A DNA stretch of 64,000 nucleotides from a virus (lineage: Duplodnaviria > Caudoviricetes). The notes under the pieces are model-generated. The model saw only the letters and a program-made list of their open reading frames with translations. It was not told the origin of the DNA and made no database searches. Location: IMG/VR virus record IMGVR_UViG_3300043464_002149; one strand, given 5' to 3'. Below, piece after piece: positions 1-9,707 of this stretch. The first letter of the stretch is position 1. Each line of letters opens with the position of its first letter. The position numbers and the translations under genes were made by a program.

Positions 1-588
1 AACATATTTTGGATCTTCAATTAAAATTCCATGGTTCCCATTACCACTTTTATCAAAGGTTTTAAATTTAGAATTTTGTTGGAAATCAATATTAATATAC
101 ATATTTTTCTTTGTATAATCAAATGATGAATCATATATTATTATTTGATTGATCTCCCCGTTAAACCATTTTTCATTTTCATTATTATACGGATAAAGAG
201 CGCCAATTAGTATCTTTTTATTTGAATAATCAACAATATTACCCTTAATTTTTGAGTCCATTAATATATCATTGAAATAAAGACTAATATACTCAGAAAC
301 AGTCACTTTTATATCCATTATTTGTCTAATATCATCAACTACAAATCTAACATCATTGTAGATGTGTCCTGTTGTATACCAAACAAACTTAACAATATTT
401 GGGAACTCTAAAAATAGCCCCATAGGGTAACCGTCTTTAGAGATCACACAAGATTCATTCTCGATAAAATCAATTAACTTAAAATTAGCGTGTATTGTAA
501 AATCATTCTCTATTGAGGAATAATCTTTAATATTCGTATTATTCTTTGTTTTATTTGGAATGAAATATGATGTTTTATTGAATATCAT
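1..588 (-). CDS. LamG/concanavalin A-like domain protein (partial, runs off the window)
   Basis: Not in the ORF track. Read by hand from ATG at 588: MIFNKTSYFIPNK...ILIGALYPY...WFNGEINQIIIYD...FDKSGNGNHG, open to position 1. The IG...F.G.I..I.IY and D.SGNGNHG motifs are LamG-like. Confidence 0.7.
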   Translation of the reverse strand, partial: MIFNKTSYFIPNKTKNNTNIKDYSSIENDFTIHANFKLIDFIENESCVISKDGYPMGLFLEFPNIVKFVWYTTGHIYNDVRFVVDDIRQIMDIKVTVSEYISLYFNDILMDSKIKGNIVDYSNKKILIGALYPYNNENEKWFNGEINQIIIYDSSFDYTKKNMYINIDFQQNSKFKTFDKSGNGNHGILIEDPKYV

Positions 589-1957
589 GATAAAATTTTT
601 CTAGCTCTGGGAAAGTTTTAACGAAGTTTGTGCCTCTTCTTCTGTCATGTTCATCGACAAAAATTTTAAAATCTTTCTTATTTGTTTTTAACCATTCTTC
701 ATCTTCCTTAACCAACATCCAGTCATGGATTCTATTTAGTTTATTGATTTCAATATCTGTAAAACCAAAACCATCCATACCAACTCTAACTTGTTCATAA
801 AAATCCATTAATTGCGCTTGTTCTTTTACTTCTTTTATCCAATAATCATCTACGATTTTAACGGTCTGATACTCTGGGTATCTAAGGTATGAAGAATCTA
901 AAATAATTGACGATCCATAGTATCTATAAGGATTATGGTATTCCTCTTTTAATTTATATACGTTTTTAATTAGTTCTTTATAATTTGGTATTGACAACGC
1001 ATTATATGTTGACATAATAATGATTGTAAGTGATGGGATCTCTTTTAATAAGATATTAATTCTATCCCAAACCAAATTAAAGTTCATCCCATTTCTAATA
1101 TATTCTGCCTGTTTTCCCCATGAATCTACACTAGTGAAAAGAATCACTTCATTAACCCTACCTTCATCAATTATTCTTTTTATTTTATTTAAAAAATCAT
1201 TAAATAACTTATCTGGTGCACCCAAATTGGTGTTTAAGGATAAATTTAAATTTTTATTTGGGTTGGGGTTTTCTATAATATAATCTAAAACCTTAAATGT
1301 GTCTTTAGATAGTAGTGGTTCTCCACCAGTAATTCTAAATGTGTGTAAATCTCTGTATAATTCTGGCCACCACTTCCAAAATGATTCAACATATGGGTTA
1401 TACTCATTGTGTGGAATTGGCATTTTGTTTTCGGCTTTTAACCAATCAAGATTACCAAAATCATTTGATGTTGGGTATTTACCATGTTGTAATATTTCTT
1501 GCATCCACTGTGACGAATATGATGGGCCGCAGTATGAACACTTGTAGTTACAATGATTACTAAAGGAAACTTCAACATACTTGGGATTGTAGTTTTCATC
1601 CCAATTAAGGTTTTTTATTTCATTAAGAAACGGCTTAGACCAGGGCTCAGATGATTTATAGGTTCGATCTGAAAATGCGTTAGACGAGTCTTCAATATTC
1701 CAACAGTAACCACATTCTTTCGGTTTCCCACCCTCTAACATCAACTTTCTTTGTTCCTTTTTGAACTGCGTGTTATGCAATGCGGATGGGTTATTACTTA
1801 ATTCATCCAACGGTATAAAATGTGGCGAGGGGTGATGACACGAATGAGTTTGCCCCATTTGTAAATGTAGCGTAACCTGTGTCCATTTCGCTAAACAAAA
1901 CCCACAGCCAACTGAATTCAATTCTTTTCTGGTCTTATCAAAAATTTCATTTAGCAT
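575..1957 (-). CDS. radical SAM protein with N-terminal twitch/SPASM-like Fe-S domain
   Basis: CX3CX2C motif (CNYKCSYC), ITGGEP motif, N-terminal Cys set CLAKW...SCHH...ECGYCW. Confidence 0.9.
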   Translation of the reverse strand: MLNEIFDKTRKELNSVGCGFCLAKWTQVTLHLQMGQTHSCHHPSPHFIPLDELSNNPSALHNTQFKKEQRKLMLEGGKPKECGYCWNIEDSSNAFSDRTYKSSEPWSKPFLNEIKNLNWDENYNPKYVEVSFSNHCNYKCSYCGPSYSSQWMQEILQHGKYPTSNDFGNLDWLKAENKMPIPHNEYNPYVESFWKWWPELYRDLHTFRITGGEPLLSKDTFKVLDYIIENPNPNKNLNLSLNTNLGAPDKLFNDFLNKIKRIIDEGRVNEVILFTSVDSWGKQAEYIRNGMNFNLVWDRINILLKEIPSLTIIIMSTYNALSIPNYKELIKNVYKLKEEYHNPYRYYGSSIILDSSYLRYPEYQTVKIVDDYWIKEVKEQAQLMDFYEQVRVGMDGFGFTDIEINKLNRIHDWMLVKEDEEWLKTNKKDFKIFVDEHDRRRGTNFVKTFPELEKFYHDIQ

Positions 1958-1960
1958 TTT

Positions 1961-2542
1961 CTATATTTTATGTAAGAAGTTACAATTGTTTGTTAAATCG
2001 TAACTTTTATTGTGTATAAACTTATCAAATGTATGCTCCGATATTAATACATCATCTTTCTTAATAGATAGATAAGAAAGAACACCATCAAAGTAATTTA
2101 AATTGAAACCATTCTTGGGAAAATTACCGGAACCGAAAATGATATGTGGTCTTTCATCACTAACCAACTTTGTACTCAAATCAATATCAAATAATAACTC
2201 ATCATTTATAGATAGTTTTATATTAAAACCACTTTTTATTATTTCTAAGCTATATTTTTTATTTGGCACCCATTGATAATTTTTGGTTAAATATTTTGTA
2301 TCATTTCCTTCCTCACTATAAACCATCAACAAACCGTGGCTTTCAATATCAATCCCAAAATATGTTGGTAACTTAGCGAACAGAGTCATTTTTTCATTAA
2401 CAATGTTAGATAATTTAAATTCCAATGAAAAATTGAAATCACCTTCGTAATCAAATATTTTATTACTTGGGTATTCAATAAAATTATCGACAAGAAAGTC
2501 TGGCCACATTACCCAAATATTATCTTTATTTATTTTTAACAT
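1961..2542 (-). CDS. LamG/concanavalin A-like domain protein
   Basis: FNFSLEF, IIFGSGN...YFDGVLSYL and YDLTNN motifs resemble the LamG fold. Confidence 0.6.
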   Translation of the reverse strand: MLKINKDNIWVMWPDFLVDNFIEYPSNKIFDYEGDFNFSLEFKLSNIVNEKMTLFAKLPTYFGIDIESHGLLMVYSEEGNDTKYLTKNYQWVPNKKYSLEIIKSGFNIKLSINDELLFDIDLSTKLVSDERPHIIFGSGNFPKNGFNLNYFDGVLSYLSIKKDDVLISEHTFDKFIHNKSYDLTNNCNFLHKI

Positions 2543-3908
2543 CGTTATATAAGCTTTTTAATTGTGGGAAAGTTGAAATGAAATCTGTTCCCCTTCTTTC
2601 ATCATATTCGTCAACAAATGCTACGAAATCTTTTCTGTTTTGTTCAACATCAAAGGTATCATCATTCGCTATTGCATAATCATAAATTCTCTTTATTTTT
2701 TGTACCTCAACATCTGAAAACCCAACATTGTCATAATTAAATTCTGGGGTAGCATAATAAAACGCTTTTTTTGCCGACTCTAAAATAAGTTCTTTATGTT
2801 CTTTATCTAAAATCTTCACAGATAAATGTTTAGGCCATCTTAAATAAGAAGTATCTAACTGTATTGCAGAAATCCAATATCTAAGATCGTTAGCATGTTT
2901 TTTCTTCATAAGAAATGTTTGTTCTATAACATCACTGTATGTAAAGACAGATAACGCATTAAATGTTGCCATAACATTAATTGTTACTTTGGGTAGCTTT
3001 GTTAATATTTTATCTACATTCAACCAAAATTTTTCATAATCTAGACCGTATCTAACATATTCCGCTTGTTTATCTTTTGCCTCAACTGAAGTAAAAATAA
3101 TTAATTCTTTCACTTTATTATTATCACATAAATCTTTAGCAATTTCAATAAACCTATCTATTAAGTTATCCGGAACACCTAAGTTACTATTAATCGCCAA
3201 TGACAAATTAGGATTATCCTCCCAATTTGTTTGAATATATTCTAAAACCTTAAAGGTATCTTTAGCTAATAATGGTTCACCGCCGGTAATTCTAAATGTG
3301 TGTAGATCTTTATATAAATTTGGCCACCATTCCCAAAACGCCTCTAGATATGGGTTATGTTCTGAGTGTTTATATGGCATTTCTTTTTTCGCCTCTAATT
3401 CTTTAATGTTGTTATAATTGGTTGATGTTTTATAACCACCAAACTTTTCTATCTCCTCAACCCATTTCGAAGAATATTGAGGGCCACAATATGCACATTT
3501 GAAATTACAAGTATTAGAAAAAGAAACTTCGACATATCTTGGGTTAAATTCTTCTCGCCAATGAGACTCTTTTATTTGCTCAAAATATGGTAATGACCAT
3601 GGTTCGGATGATTTAAAAACACGATCAGAAAAATTATTACTGTTGTCTTCTATATTCCAACAATAGTTACATTCTTTTGGTTTCCCCCCTTCCATCATTT
3701 CCTTTCTTTGCATCTTTTTATAACGAGTATTATGTAATGCTGATGGATCTCTTTTTATCTCTGCTATCGGGATTTTATGTTGAGCTGGGTGGTGGCAAGA
3801 GTGTGTTAAACCAATACCTAAATGCATGGTAACTTGTGTCCATTTTGCTAAACAAAACCCACAACCAACACCATCTAATAACTCTTTTGTGTCTTTAAAA
3901 TTATTCAT
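2526..3908 (-). CDS. radical SAM protein with N-terminal twitch domain (paralog of 575..1957)
   Basis: CNFKCAYC, ITGGEPLL, ECNYCW; also 460 aa and colinear with 575..1957. Confidence 0.9.
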   Translation of the reverse strand: MNNFKDTKELLDGVGCGFCLAKWTQVTMHLGIGLTHSCHHPAQHKIPIAEIKRDPSALHNTRYKKMQRKEMMEGGKPKECNYCWNIEDNSNNFSDRVFKSSEPWSLPYFEQIKESHWREEFNPRYVEVSFSNTCNFKCAYCGPQYSSKWVEEIEKFGGYKTSTNYNNIKELEAKKEMPYKHSEHNPYLEAFWEWWPNLYKDLHTFRITGGEPLLAKDTFKVLEYIQTNWEDNPNLSLAINSNLGVPDNLIDRFIEIAKDLCDNNKVKELIIFTSVEAKDKQAEYVRYGLDYEKFWLNVDKILTKLPKVTINVMATFNALSVFTYSDVIEQTFLMKKKHANDLRYWISAIQLDTSYLRWPKHLSVKILDKEHKELILESAKKAFYYATPEFNYDNVGFSDVEVQKIKRIYDYAIANDDTFDVEQNRKDFVAFVDEYDERRGTDFISTFPQLKSLYNDVKNK

Positions 3909-5102
3909 TTAAAACATTATTTCAATCCATGGACAGATTTCTTTGTAATCAGTATTCCTCATACTATCTAATTTTTCCAAGTATTCTTTTAAATCATTTT
4001 TAGTTTGATTACCCCTTATTATCGATGAGTCAATTTTTAAATGATTAATAAAATCATTCATTATTGATACCGTTTTACTATAGTATTCTTTTTTACTTAA
4101 ATTTTCATTTATGTAATCAATTACTTTATTTTTAAATTCTGTTGGTGCCGCACCTACCGCAAACCAGTAAGGTGTTGTCGCCCAGTGAATGTGTATCAAA
4201 TCTTTTTTAGTATAGTTGTTATCTAAAACATAATCAATAAAGTCAAAGGTATGAAATACATTCATCATTGTGATAGTATATTCAATTTCAGCATTAACAT
4301 TTGGGTGTGTTAAATTGAAATCCGCAATTTTTTTGATATTATCAAAGAACTTTTCAGAGATGAATCCAGTTCTCTGAAACTCACCAACCTTTCCGTATCC
4401 ATCACATGAACACCCAATTATTACGTTTTTGAATTTTTTTAATGCTTCAAGAATATCAATTTGTTTATATTTTAAATTCGATAAATTAGAATTTATATAA
4501 ACATTAATATTCTTTGCTTGATCTTCACTAAATCTATCAATTAGTTTGAATACATCTTCATTAATAAACGGTTCGCCTCCAGCGATATAAAGATGTTCAA
4601 TATAATTTAAATCTTCATCAGAAAATTTATTAACTGGGTCTTCACCAATCTTATAATGCTTACTATAAAGGTTGTTCATACCAACACCATAAATTTCAAT
4701 CAAATCATCAAGCCACGACGATGATAATGTTGGGCCACACATTCTACATTTAAAATTACATAAGTTGGAAAATCTCACGTCCAAATACTGTAACTTATTT
4801 ATAGAATAATCTTCATTAAACAATTCTGGATCATCAAACTTTTCTTTCCAGTTATTATTCCAAACATCTTTTAGGGTGTTACCCTTTTTAAAACAAATAT
4901 CACATGGTTTAGGGGTTATACCATTATCCATGTCTTCTCTTAGTTTTTTGAATTGTTTACTGTTTAATAGATCCATTACATTATCATAATCGGACCACAG
5001 TAATTTTTCTTCAAAATTATCAGCAACACAACAAGGTCTAACTAACCCATCTGGGTTTACATACAAAGAAGTATATGCTAAAATACATTGAGTATCTTTC
5101 AT
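3909..5102 (-). CDS. radical SAM protein with N-terminal SPASM/twitch domain
   Basis: CNFKCRMC, IAGGEP; N-terminal CILAY...VNPDGLVRPCC...PCDIC is SPASM/twitch-like. Confidence 0.9.
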   Translation of the reverse strand: MKDTQCILAYTSLYVNPDGLVRPCCVADNFEEKLLWSDYDNVMDLLNSKQFKKLREDMDNGITPKPCDICFKKGNTLKDVWNNNWKEKFDDPELFNEDYSINKLQYLDVRFSNLCNFKCRMCGPTLSSSWLDDLIEIYGVGMNNLYSKHYKIGEDPVNKFSDEDLNYIEHLYIAGGEPFINEDVFKLIDRFSEDQAKNINVYINSNLSNLKYKQIDILEALKKFKNVIIGCSCDGYGKVGEFQRTGFISEKFFDNIKKIADFNLTHPNVNAEIEYTITMMNVFHTFDFIDYVLDNNYTKKDLIHIHWATTPYWFAVGAAPTEFKNKVIDYINENLSKKEYYSKTVSIMNDFINHLKIDSSIIRGNQTKNDLKEYLEKLDSMRNTDYKEICPWIEIMF

Positions 5103-6496
5103 TTCATTTTACAATTTATAAATTTTGTGTTAGGGTATGTTAAATCATCAATATTATCTATTTCCAAAACATTTAATATTTGTGATAAACCATCGTTTTT
5201 ATATTCTATTTTTTTCTGTTGCATTTCTGTAACAAACCTTTTTTCATTTCTAGCTGTTGTTTCCCCCTTTGCCCATTTTCCATTTACAAACCCTTCATCA
5301 ATATGAGGTAAACAATAGAACCTACTATCTCTACGATATGGAATAACATTTTCAATCACTTCAATATCTTCTTTAGTGAATTGTACATTTTGATTTATAA
5401 AAGCCACATTATTAAAATCAGAATTTAAAATCAAATTGTCGGTATTTTGATCCATCTCTTTTATATTGTCAAAAAATCTATTATAAATTTTAACATCTGA
5501 GATTTTACCTTTGTAATAAACATTTGAATGGTTACAAAAACCGATTAAAAAAGGTTTGATAGCATCATGCGTTTTTAAATCATTACCAATTGAGAACGGT
5601 GTGTTTTGTTTTACCCCATTCATTTGACAAATTAGTTCATCATTTACATAAAAGTACACTTTTTTCTCCTCACTATTAAAACTTAATGTTACTTGTGTCC
5701 ACAACCCTTCAAACCTCTTAGCCCAGTTATAGTGATGCATACCATTTCTGTCAAATAATTGCATTGTTACTGCTCTAGAATTATTGAAAGACATTCCCCA
5801 AGTCCAGCTACCATCTTTTCTAATTAACGGGTATTCAACAAAAATTCTTTGTTCATCACCAACAAGCCAAATAGGTACTTTATCATTTTGTTGTTCAGCA
5901 TTAAAGGTTATTGTAATTGTATGGTCATTATGTAAACACGAACTTATTTCTCTACTCGTAGGGAACGTTAAAAAAGAATTTGAACCATTAAAGTTAGCAA
6001 CAATCTTATCGGTTTCTTTTCTAATAACTCTACCGGTTGTTAAACCTTCAAAATAACATCTCCAAAATAAATCATCATCTTCTTGCCCCCAATCCCAATA
6101 ATCATTTGAATAACCATTGGTTGCTTCCGTTTGCTCCTTATTGAAAAGGACGACACCACCAAAGTATTGATCATAACCTAAGTTATAACCATATTTGGAA
6201 AGTTTTGTTGCTATGTGCATTGGTGTTTGATCTGGATAAGAATAATCAGCTTCTTCTTGTGGTAACATATCTACATCATGCCACGCTATATAATCACATC
6301 CGTCTTCGAATGCTACATGTGCTGCAATATTTTTCATTGCCCCCCTATTAAATAATTTATCATCAATCTGATGACCGACATAAAACGAATGGTTAATACC
6401 CCTTTCATTTAAATGATTTGATAAATGTGGTATTAACCTATCAATATGTTCTTTTCTGTTTCTATATGGTATACAAATACCTAATTTATGCGTCAT
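5099..6496 (-). CDS. GT7 (galactosyltransferase-like) glycosyltransferase with inserted LamG domain
   Basis: IPYRNR, FNRGAMKN, WHDVDMLP, YFGGV, GYSNDYWDWGQEDDDLFWR, then a LamG-like block (WTQVTLSF, YKGKISDVKIYNR), then a GT7 tail (LPH...NDGL). Confidence 0.85.
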   Translation of the reverse strand: MTHKLGICIPYRNRKEHIDRLIPHLSNHLNERGINHSFYVGHQIDDKLFNRGAMKNIAAHVAFEDGCDYIAWHDVDMLPQEEADYSYPDQTPMHIATKLSKYGYNLGYDQYFGGVVLFNKEQTEATNGYSNDYWDWGQEDDDLFWRCYFEGLTTGRVIRKETDKIVANFNGSNSFLTFPTSREISSCLHNDHTITITFNAEQQNDKVPIWLVGDEQRIFVEYPLIRKDGSWTWGMSFNNSRAVTMQLFDRNGMHHYNWAKRFEGLWTQVTLSFNSEEKKVYFYVNDELICQMNGVKQNTPFSIGNDLKTHDAIKPFLIGFCNHSNVYYKGKISDVKIYNRFFDNIKEMDQNTDNLILNSDFNNVAFINQNVQFTKEDIEVIENVIPYRRDSRFYCLPHIDEGFVNGKWAKGETTARNEKRFVTEMQQKKIEYKNDGLSQILNVLEIDNIDDLTYPNTKFINCKMK

Positions 6497-7920
6497 ATTC
6501 CTACATTAACGTGTAAAATTTTATTATTATGTGTTTTACCATGTTCAATGAAATTTAAATCAGATAAACCATCTTCTTTCATTAAATGGGTGTTTAGTGA
6601 AACTTCATTATGAAACCTTAATTGGTTCCACCTTGTTGCTTGATCTTTCCAACGGTTCCCTAAAAAACCATTTTCTTCATGTTTTAAAGATTTGAATAAA
6701 GATCTTCTTCTATAAGGTATTTTTACTTCTTTATAGTTAGTATATTCTTGACTTATTATTTCGCAATTCACTATTTTACCATCATTACCATTATTTGTTA
6801 AATCTTTTAATTTGTAATTTTCGATATGATCCGCTTCATAATATATTTTAAGCGAGTTTTGTGAATGATATTTTCCAAATGATTCGTTTAAATAATGATT
6901 TGTATTATATGATAATTCTTTAATTTCTTCATCACTTAACATTTCATCATAATAAGCAAAAGAATCTATTTTCCCTTTAAAAAAATTAGGTATCTTCTCT
7001 CTGTCTGGTTTACCCACACCTAAGTAAAAATTTGGTTCTTTTCTGTAAAAATATAATTTTTTAAATTGTTCGGTTTGACCTAAAAATTCACCGTCTTGAT
7101 ATACTTTAATTATATTGTTTTCTCTATCTAAAACAATCACCATATTTGTTTTATAGTTTGTTTTGATTTTGGAATTAATGAAGTATGGATTATATGAGCT
7201 ATCAAAAGCACAAAAATTATATCTCATAAATGAATTGTAGCAAATAGCAAAATCCCAACCAGGAATGCTAAACACAGTAAATTCATCAGATTCTTTGGTA
7301 TGATCCAAAACAATTTTTTCTGGATAAAATGAAATAAAAAAAGTTGCATTATTATTTAAATCTATTGTGTTTTTACATTCAACATATGCATCAACACCAT
7401 TAAACATTAACGCTTTATCACTCTTAGTCAAGTTTTTAAATTCAAGAGTATCTAAATCTAAACCATTTACTACACATCTTAATAAAAGTTCTGTATCTTC
7501 ATAACCCCACCCCCAATACTTGTTTGAGTATCCGTTAATTTTTTCGAAATCTTCAATGGTAAACATCGTAACCCCACCAAAATATTCATCAAATATTTCT
7601 CTCTTTTTCTCACCTTCTTCTAGTTTAAAATCAGTTGCAAGATGTAATGGTTTTTTTGAATATGAATAATCAACATTTATTGGTAACATATCAACATCAT
7701 GAAAAACAATGTAGTCACAATTTAATATTTTTGCATAGGTATATCCTATGTTCAATAACATACCTCTATTAAATTGTTTAGCATTGTCCTGATTAATTAC
7801 TATAATCTCATAGTTAATTTCCTTATTTTTAAAATACTTCGCCATGTGACTTGAAAATAACCTCAAATCACGCTGTCTGTTTCTATAAGGAACTATGATA
7901 CCAAGTTTGTGTTTATCCAT
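6493..7920 (-). CDS. GT7 glycosyltransferase with inserted LamG domain
   Basis: IVPYRNR, FNRGMLLNIG, FHDVDMLP, YFGGVT, GYSNKYWGWGYEDTELLLR; LamG block (FKGKIDSFAYYD, DLTNNGNDG); tail LKH...EDGLSDL. Confidence 0.85.
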   Translation of the reverse strand: MDKHKLGIIVPYRNRQRDLRLFSSHMAKYFKNKEINYEIIVINQDNAKQFNRGMLLNIGYTYAKILNCDYIVFHDVDMLPINVDYSYSKKPLHLATDFKLEEGEKKREIFDEYFGGVTMFTIEDFEKINGYSNKYWGWGYEDTELLLRCVVNGLDLDTLEFKNLTKSDKALMFNGVDAYVECKNTIDLNNNATFFISFYPEKIVLDHTKESDEFTVFSIPGWDFAICYNSFMRYNFCAFDSSYNPYFINSKIKTNYKTNMVIVLDRENNIIKVYQDGEFLGQTEQFKKLYFYRKEPNFYLGVGKPDREKIPNFFKGKIDSFAYYDEMLSDEEIKELSYNTNHYLNESFGKYHSQNSLKIYYEADHIENYKLKDLTNNGNDGKIVNCEIISQEYTNYKEVKIPYRRRSLFKSLKHEENGFLGNRWKDQATRWNQLRFHNEVSLNTHLMKEDGLSDLNFIEHGKTHNNKILHVNVGI

Positions 7921-8116
7921 TAATAGTAGGGTCTTTTGGTTTTGTTGTGTCGTGCCACTCGGATAAGTAATATTGAATTCTATCGCTCCATTCCTTTTTA
8001 TCTATTTCTTCAAACCAAATCGTTAGTGCATCTAATGAATTAGCGATCTTTTCAAGTGCTTTTACTTTTCTTTCTTCTAACTTTTGAAGTTGTTCTTCTT
8101 TTTCTGATTTTGTCAT
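7913..8116 (-). CDS. hypothetical protein
   Basis: 67-aa ORF overlapping both neighbours in operon fashion. Confidence 0.65.
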   Translation of the reverse strand: MTKSEKEEQLQKLEERKVKALEKIANSLDALTIWFEEIDKKEWSDRIQYYLSEWHDTTKPKDPTING

Positions 8117-8964
8117 ATCGATATTATTTTTTTTATTAGTTTATCCCATTGTTTATATCTTTTGAATTCTACCTGGCCATTACTGGTTTCAAACATAAAC
8201 TCAGGATTATTTAAATTTATTTTAAATTTACTTTTTACTAGTTCTTTATACATTATACGATACTCATCAGAGTATGAATATTCTTTGTTAACATCAGCAA
8301 CTGCTTTTATTCTTTCTATTGATGTTTTATCCCATTTAAAGTGGTGTACTTGAACAAATGAGTGTGGGTTAATTAATGGATGATTCCATCCTTGCCACCT
8401 CCAAGTAGTTTGCCCATTAATTTTCGCATAATGTTGTCCAGATGTGATTTCAATATACCCCTTCATTATACAAGCTTTATTTGGACACGCTTTACTCATT
8501 GGATATCTAAAAAATCCCATGTTTGGAAACTGTTTAAAGATATTTTCATCATCTTTTAATTCAACAAATTCACCATGTGGTCCAATTCTATCAATAAACC
8601 CACCTCTAACTAAATCCCAACCGTATTCATTACAATTTGAAATTAATTTTTTTAAATTATCGTTAGGGTATAAATGAAACTCATCAATATCGGCAATAAT
8701 CCACCAATCATCAGGGTTTTTAGATTTTATTAAATTGTATAATGCGGTGACCTTTTCCCAATCAAAAACGCGGTCTTCAATTGTTTTAACAATTTTAACA
8801 TTCTTGTAATTTTTAATGATATTCTTAACATCATCAATTAATGTGGGTTGTATAAGTGATTGATATACAATGAATTGTATTTCATCAACATACTTGGTGT
8901 AGTGATCAATAAAATGTGGGATAAGACTTGTTCCGTGACCTACAACTGAAAGTGCTCTAATCAT
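8113..8964 (-). CDS. GT-A fold glycosyltransferase-like protein (GT2/GT92-like)
   Basis: WWIIADIDEF DxD motif, HFIDHY near the N-terminus, late HHFKW motif. Confidence 0.7.
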   Translation of the reverse strand: MIRALSVVGHGTSLIPHFIDHYTKYVDEIQFIVYQSLIQPTLIDDVKNIIKNYKNVKIVKTIEDRVFDWEKVTALYNLIKSKNPDDWWIIADIDEFHLYPNDNLKKLISNCNEYGWDLVRGGFIDRIGPHGEFVELKDDENIFKQFPNMGFFRYPMSKACPNKACIMKGYIEITSGQHYAKINGQTTWRWQGWNHPLINPHSFVQVHHFKWDKTSIERIKAVADVNKEYSYSDEYRIMYKELVKSKFKINLNNPEFMFETSNGQVEFKRYKQWDKLIKKIISI

Positions 8965-9707
8965 TTTTTCCTGTTAATAATGGTAATACCGCTTGAAGAC
9001 GGTTTATCCATTAATATACGGAAATTATGTAAATTAATCAAGTTCCACTCGTTGTTTTTTTCGAGCTCTTTTACCAATCTAGATGGGCCTTTAAATGAAT
9101 AGTGGTCTTTTTTTGCATCTTCAGAAACTATTAAAGTCTCCTCATAATTTGGGTCGGTGTCGTGAATAATAATAACACCATTATCGGATAATATTTTTGA
9201 ATATAACTCGAAATCGGATTTAACCCCTTCATAAGAATGGTCACCATCGATCCAGAGTAAATCTATTTTAATATCCTGTCTAATAAAAAAGTCATAGTAG
9301 GCATCGACTGAAGTCGCTTTAATAAGGCGCGGGTAAAACGTGCTCCTGAAGAATGAGGACTCGTTTTCAAGGTCGTTAGGGCCACCAATACCGTTACAAG
9401 CGTCAACAAGATAAGTAGCGCCAATATCCCCCCAATTATAATCACTGTTTCCATCAAATATTTTTTGTTTATGTAAATCAATTCTAGCTTGTGTCATGAT
9501 TCTGGGGATAAAACCACCACCAGATCCAATACATACACAATTTTTTGCTCTCATATGCTGTATAAGAGAATACACAATAATACCGTCTCCCATATGTAAA
9601 TCTGTGGCACCATGCGTCCAGCGATAAGGTACAGGTTCATCATTATTGTTAGTGATGTTCTTTCTAATATATTCTTCATTTGTTATCATTTCATCCATTC
9701 TGGCCAA
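8961..9707 (-). CDS. class I SAM-dependent methyltransferase (Methyltransf_24-like)
   Basis: VCIGSGGG SAM-binding loop and LWIDGDHSYEGVKSDF...GVIIIHDT. Confidence 0.85.
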   Translation of the reverse strand: MARMDEMITNEEYIRKNITNNNDEPVPYRWTHGATDLHMGDGIIVYSLIQHMRAKNCVCIGSGGGFIPRIMTQARIDLHKQKIFDGNSDYNWGDIGATYLVDACNGIGGPNDLENESSFFRSTFYPRLIKATSVDAYYDFFIRQDIKIDLLWIDGDHSYEGVKSDFELYSKILSDNGVIIIHDTDPNYEETLIVSEDAKKDHYSFKGPSRLVKELEKNNEWNLINLHNFRILMDKPSSSGITIINRKK

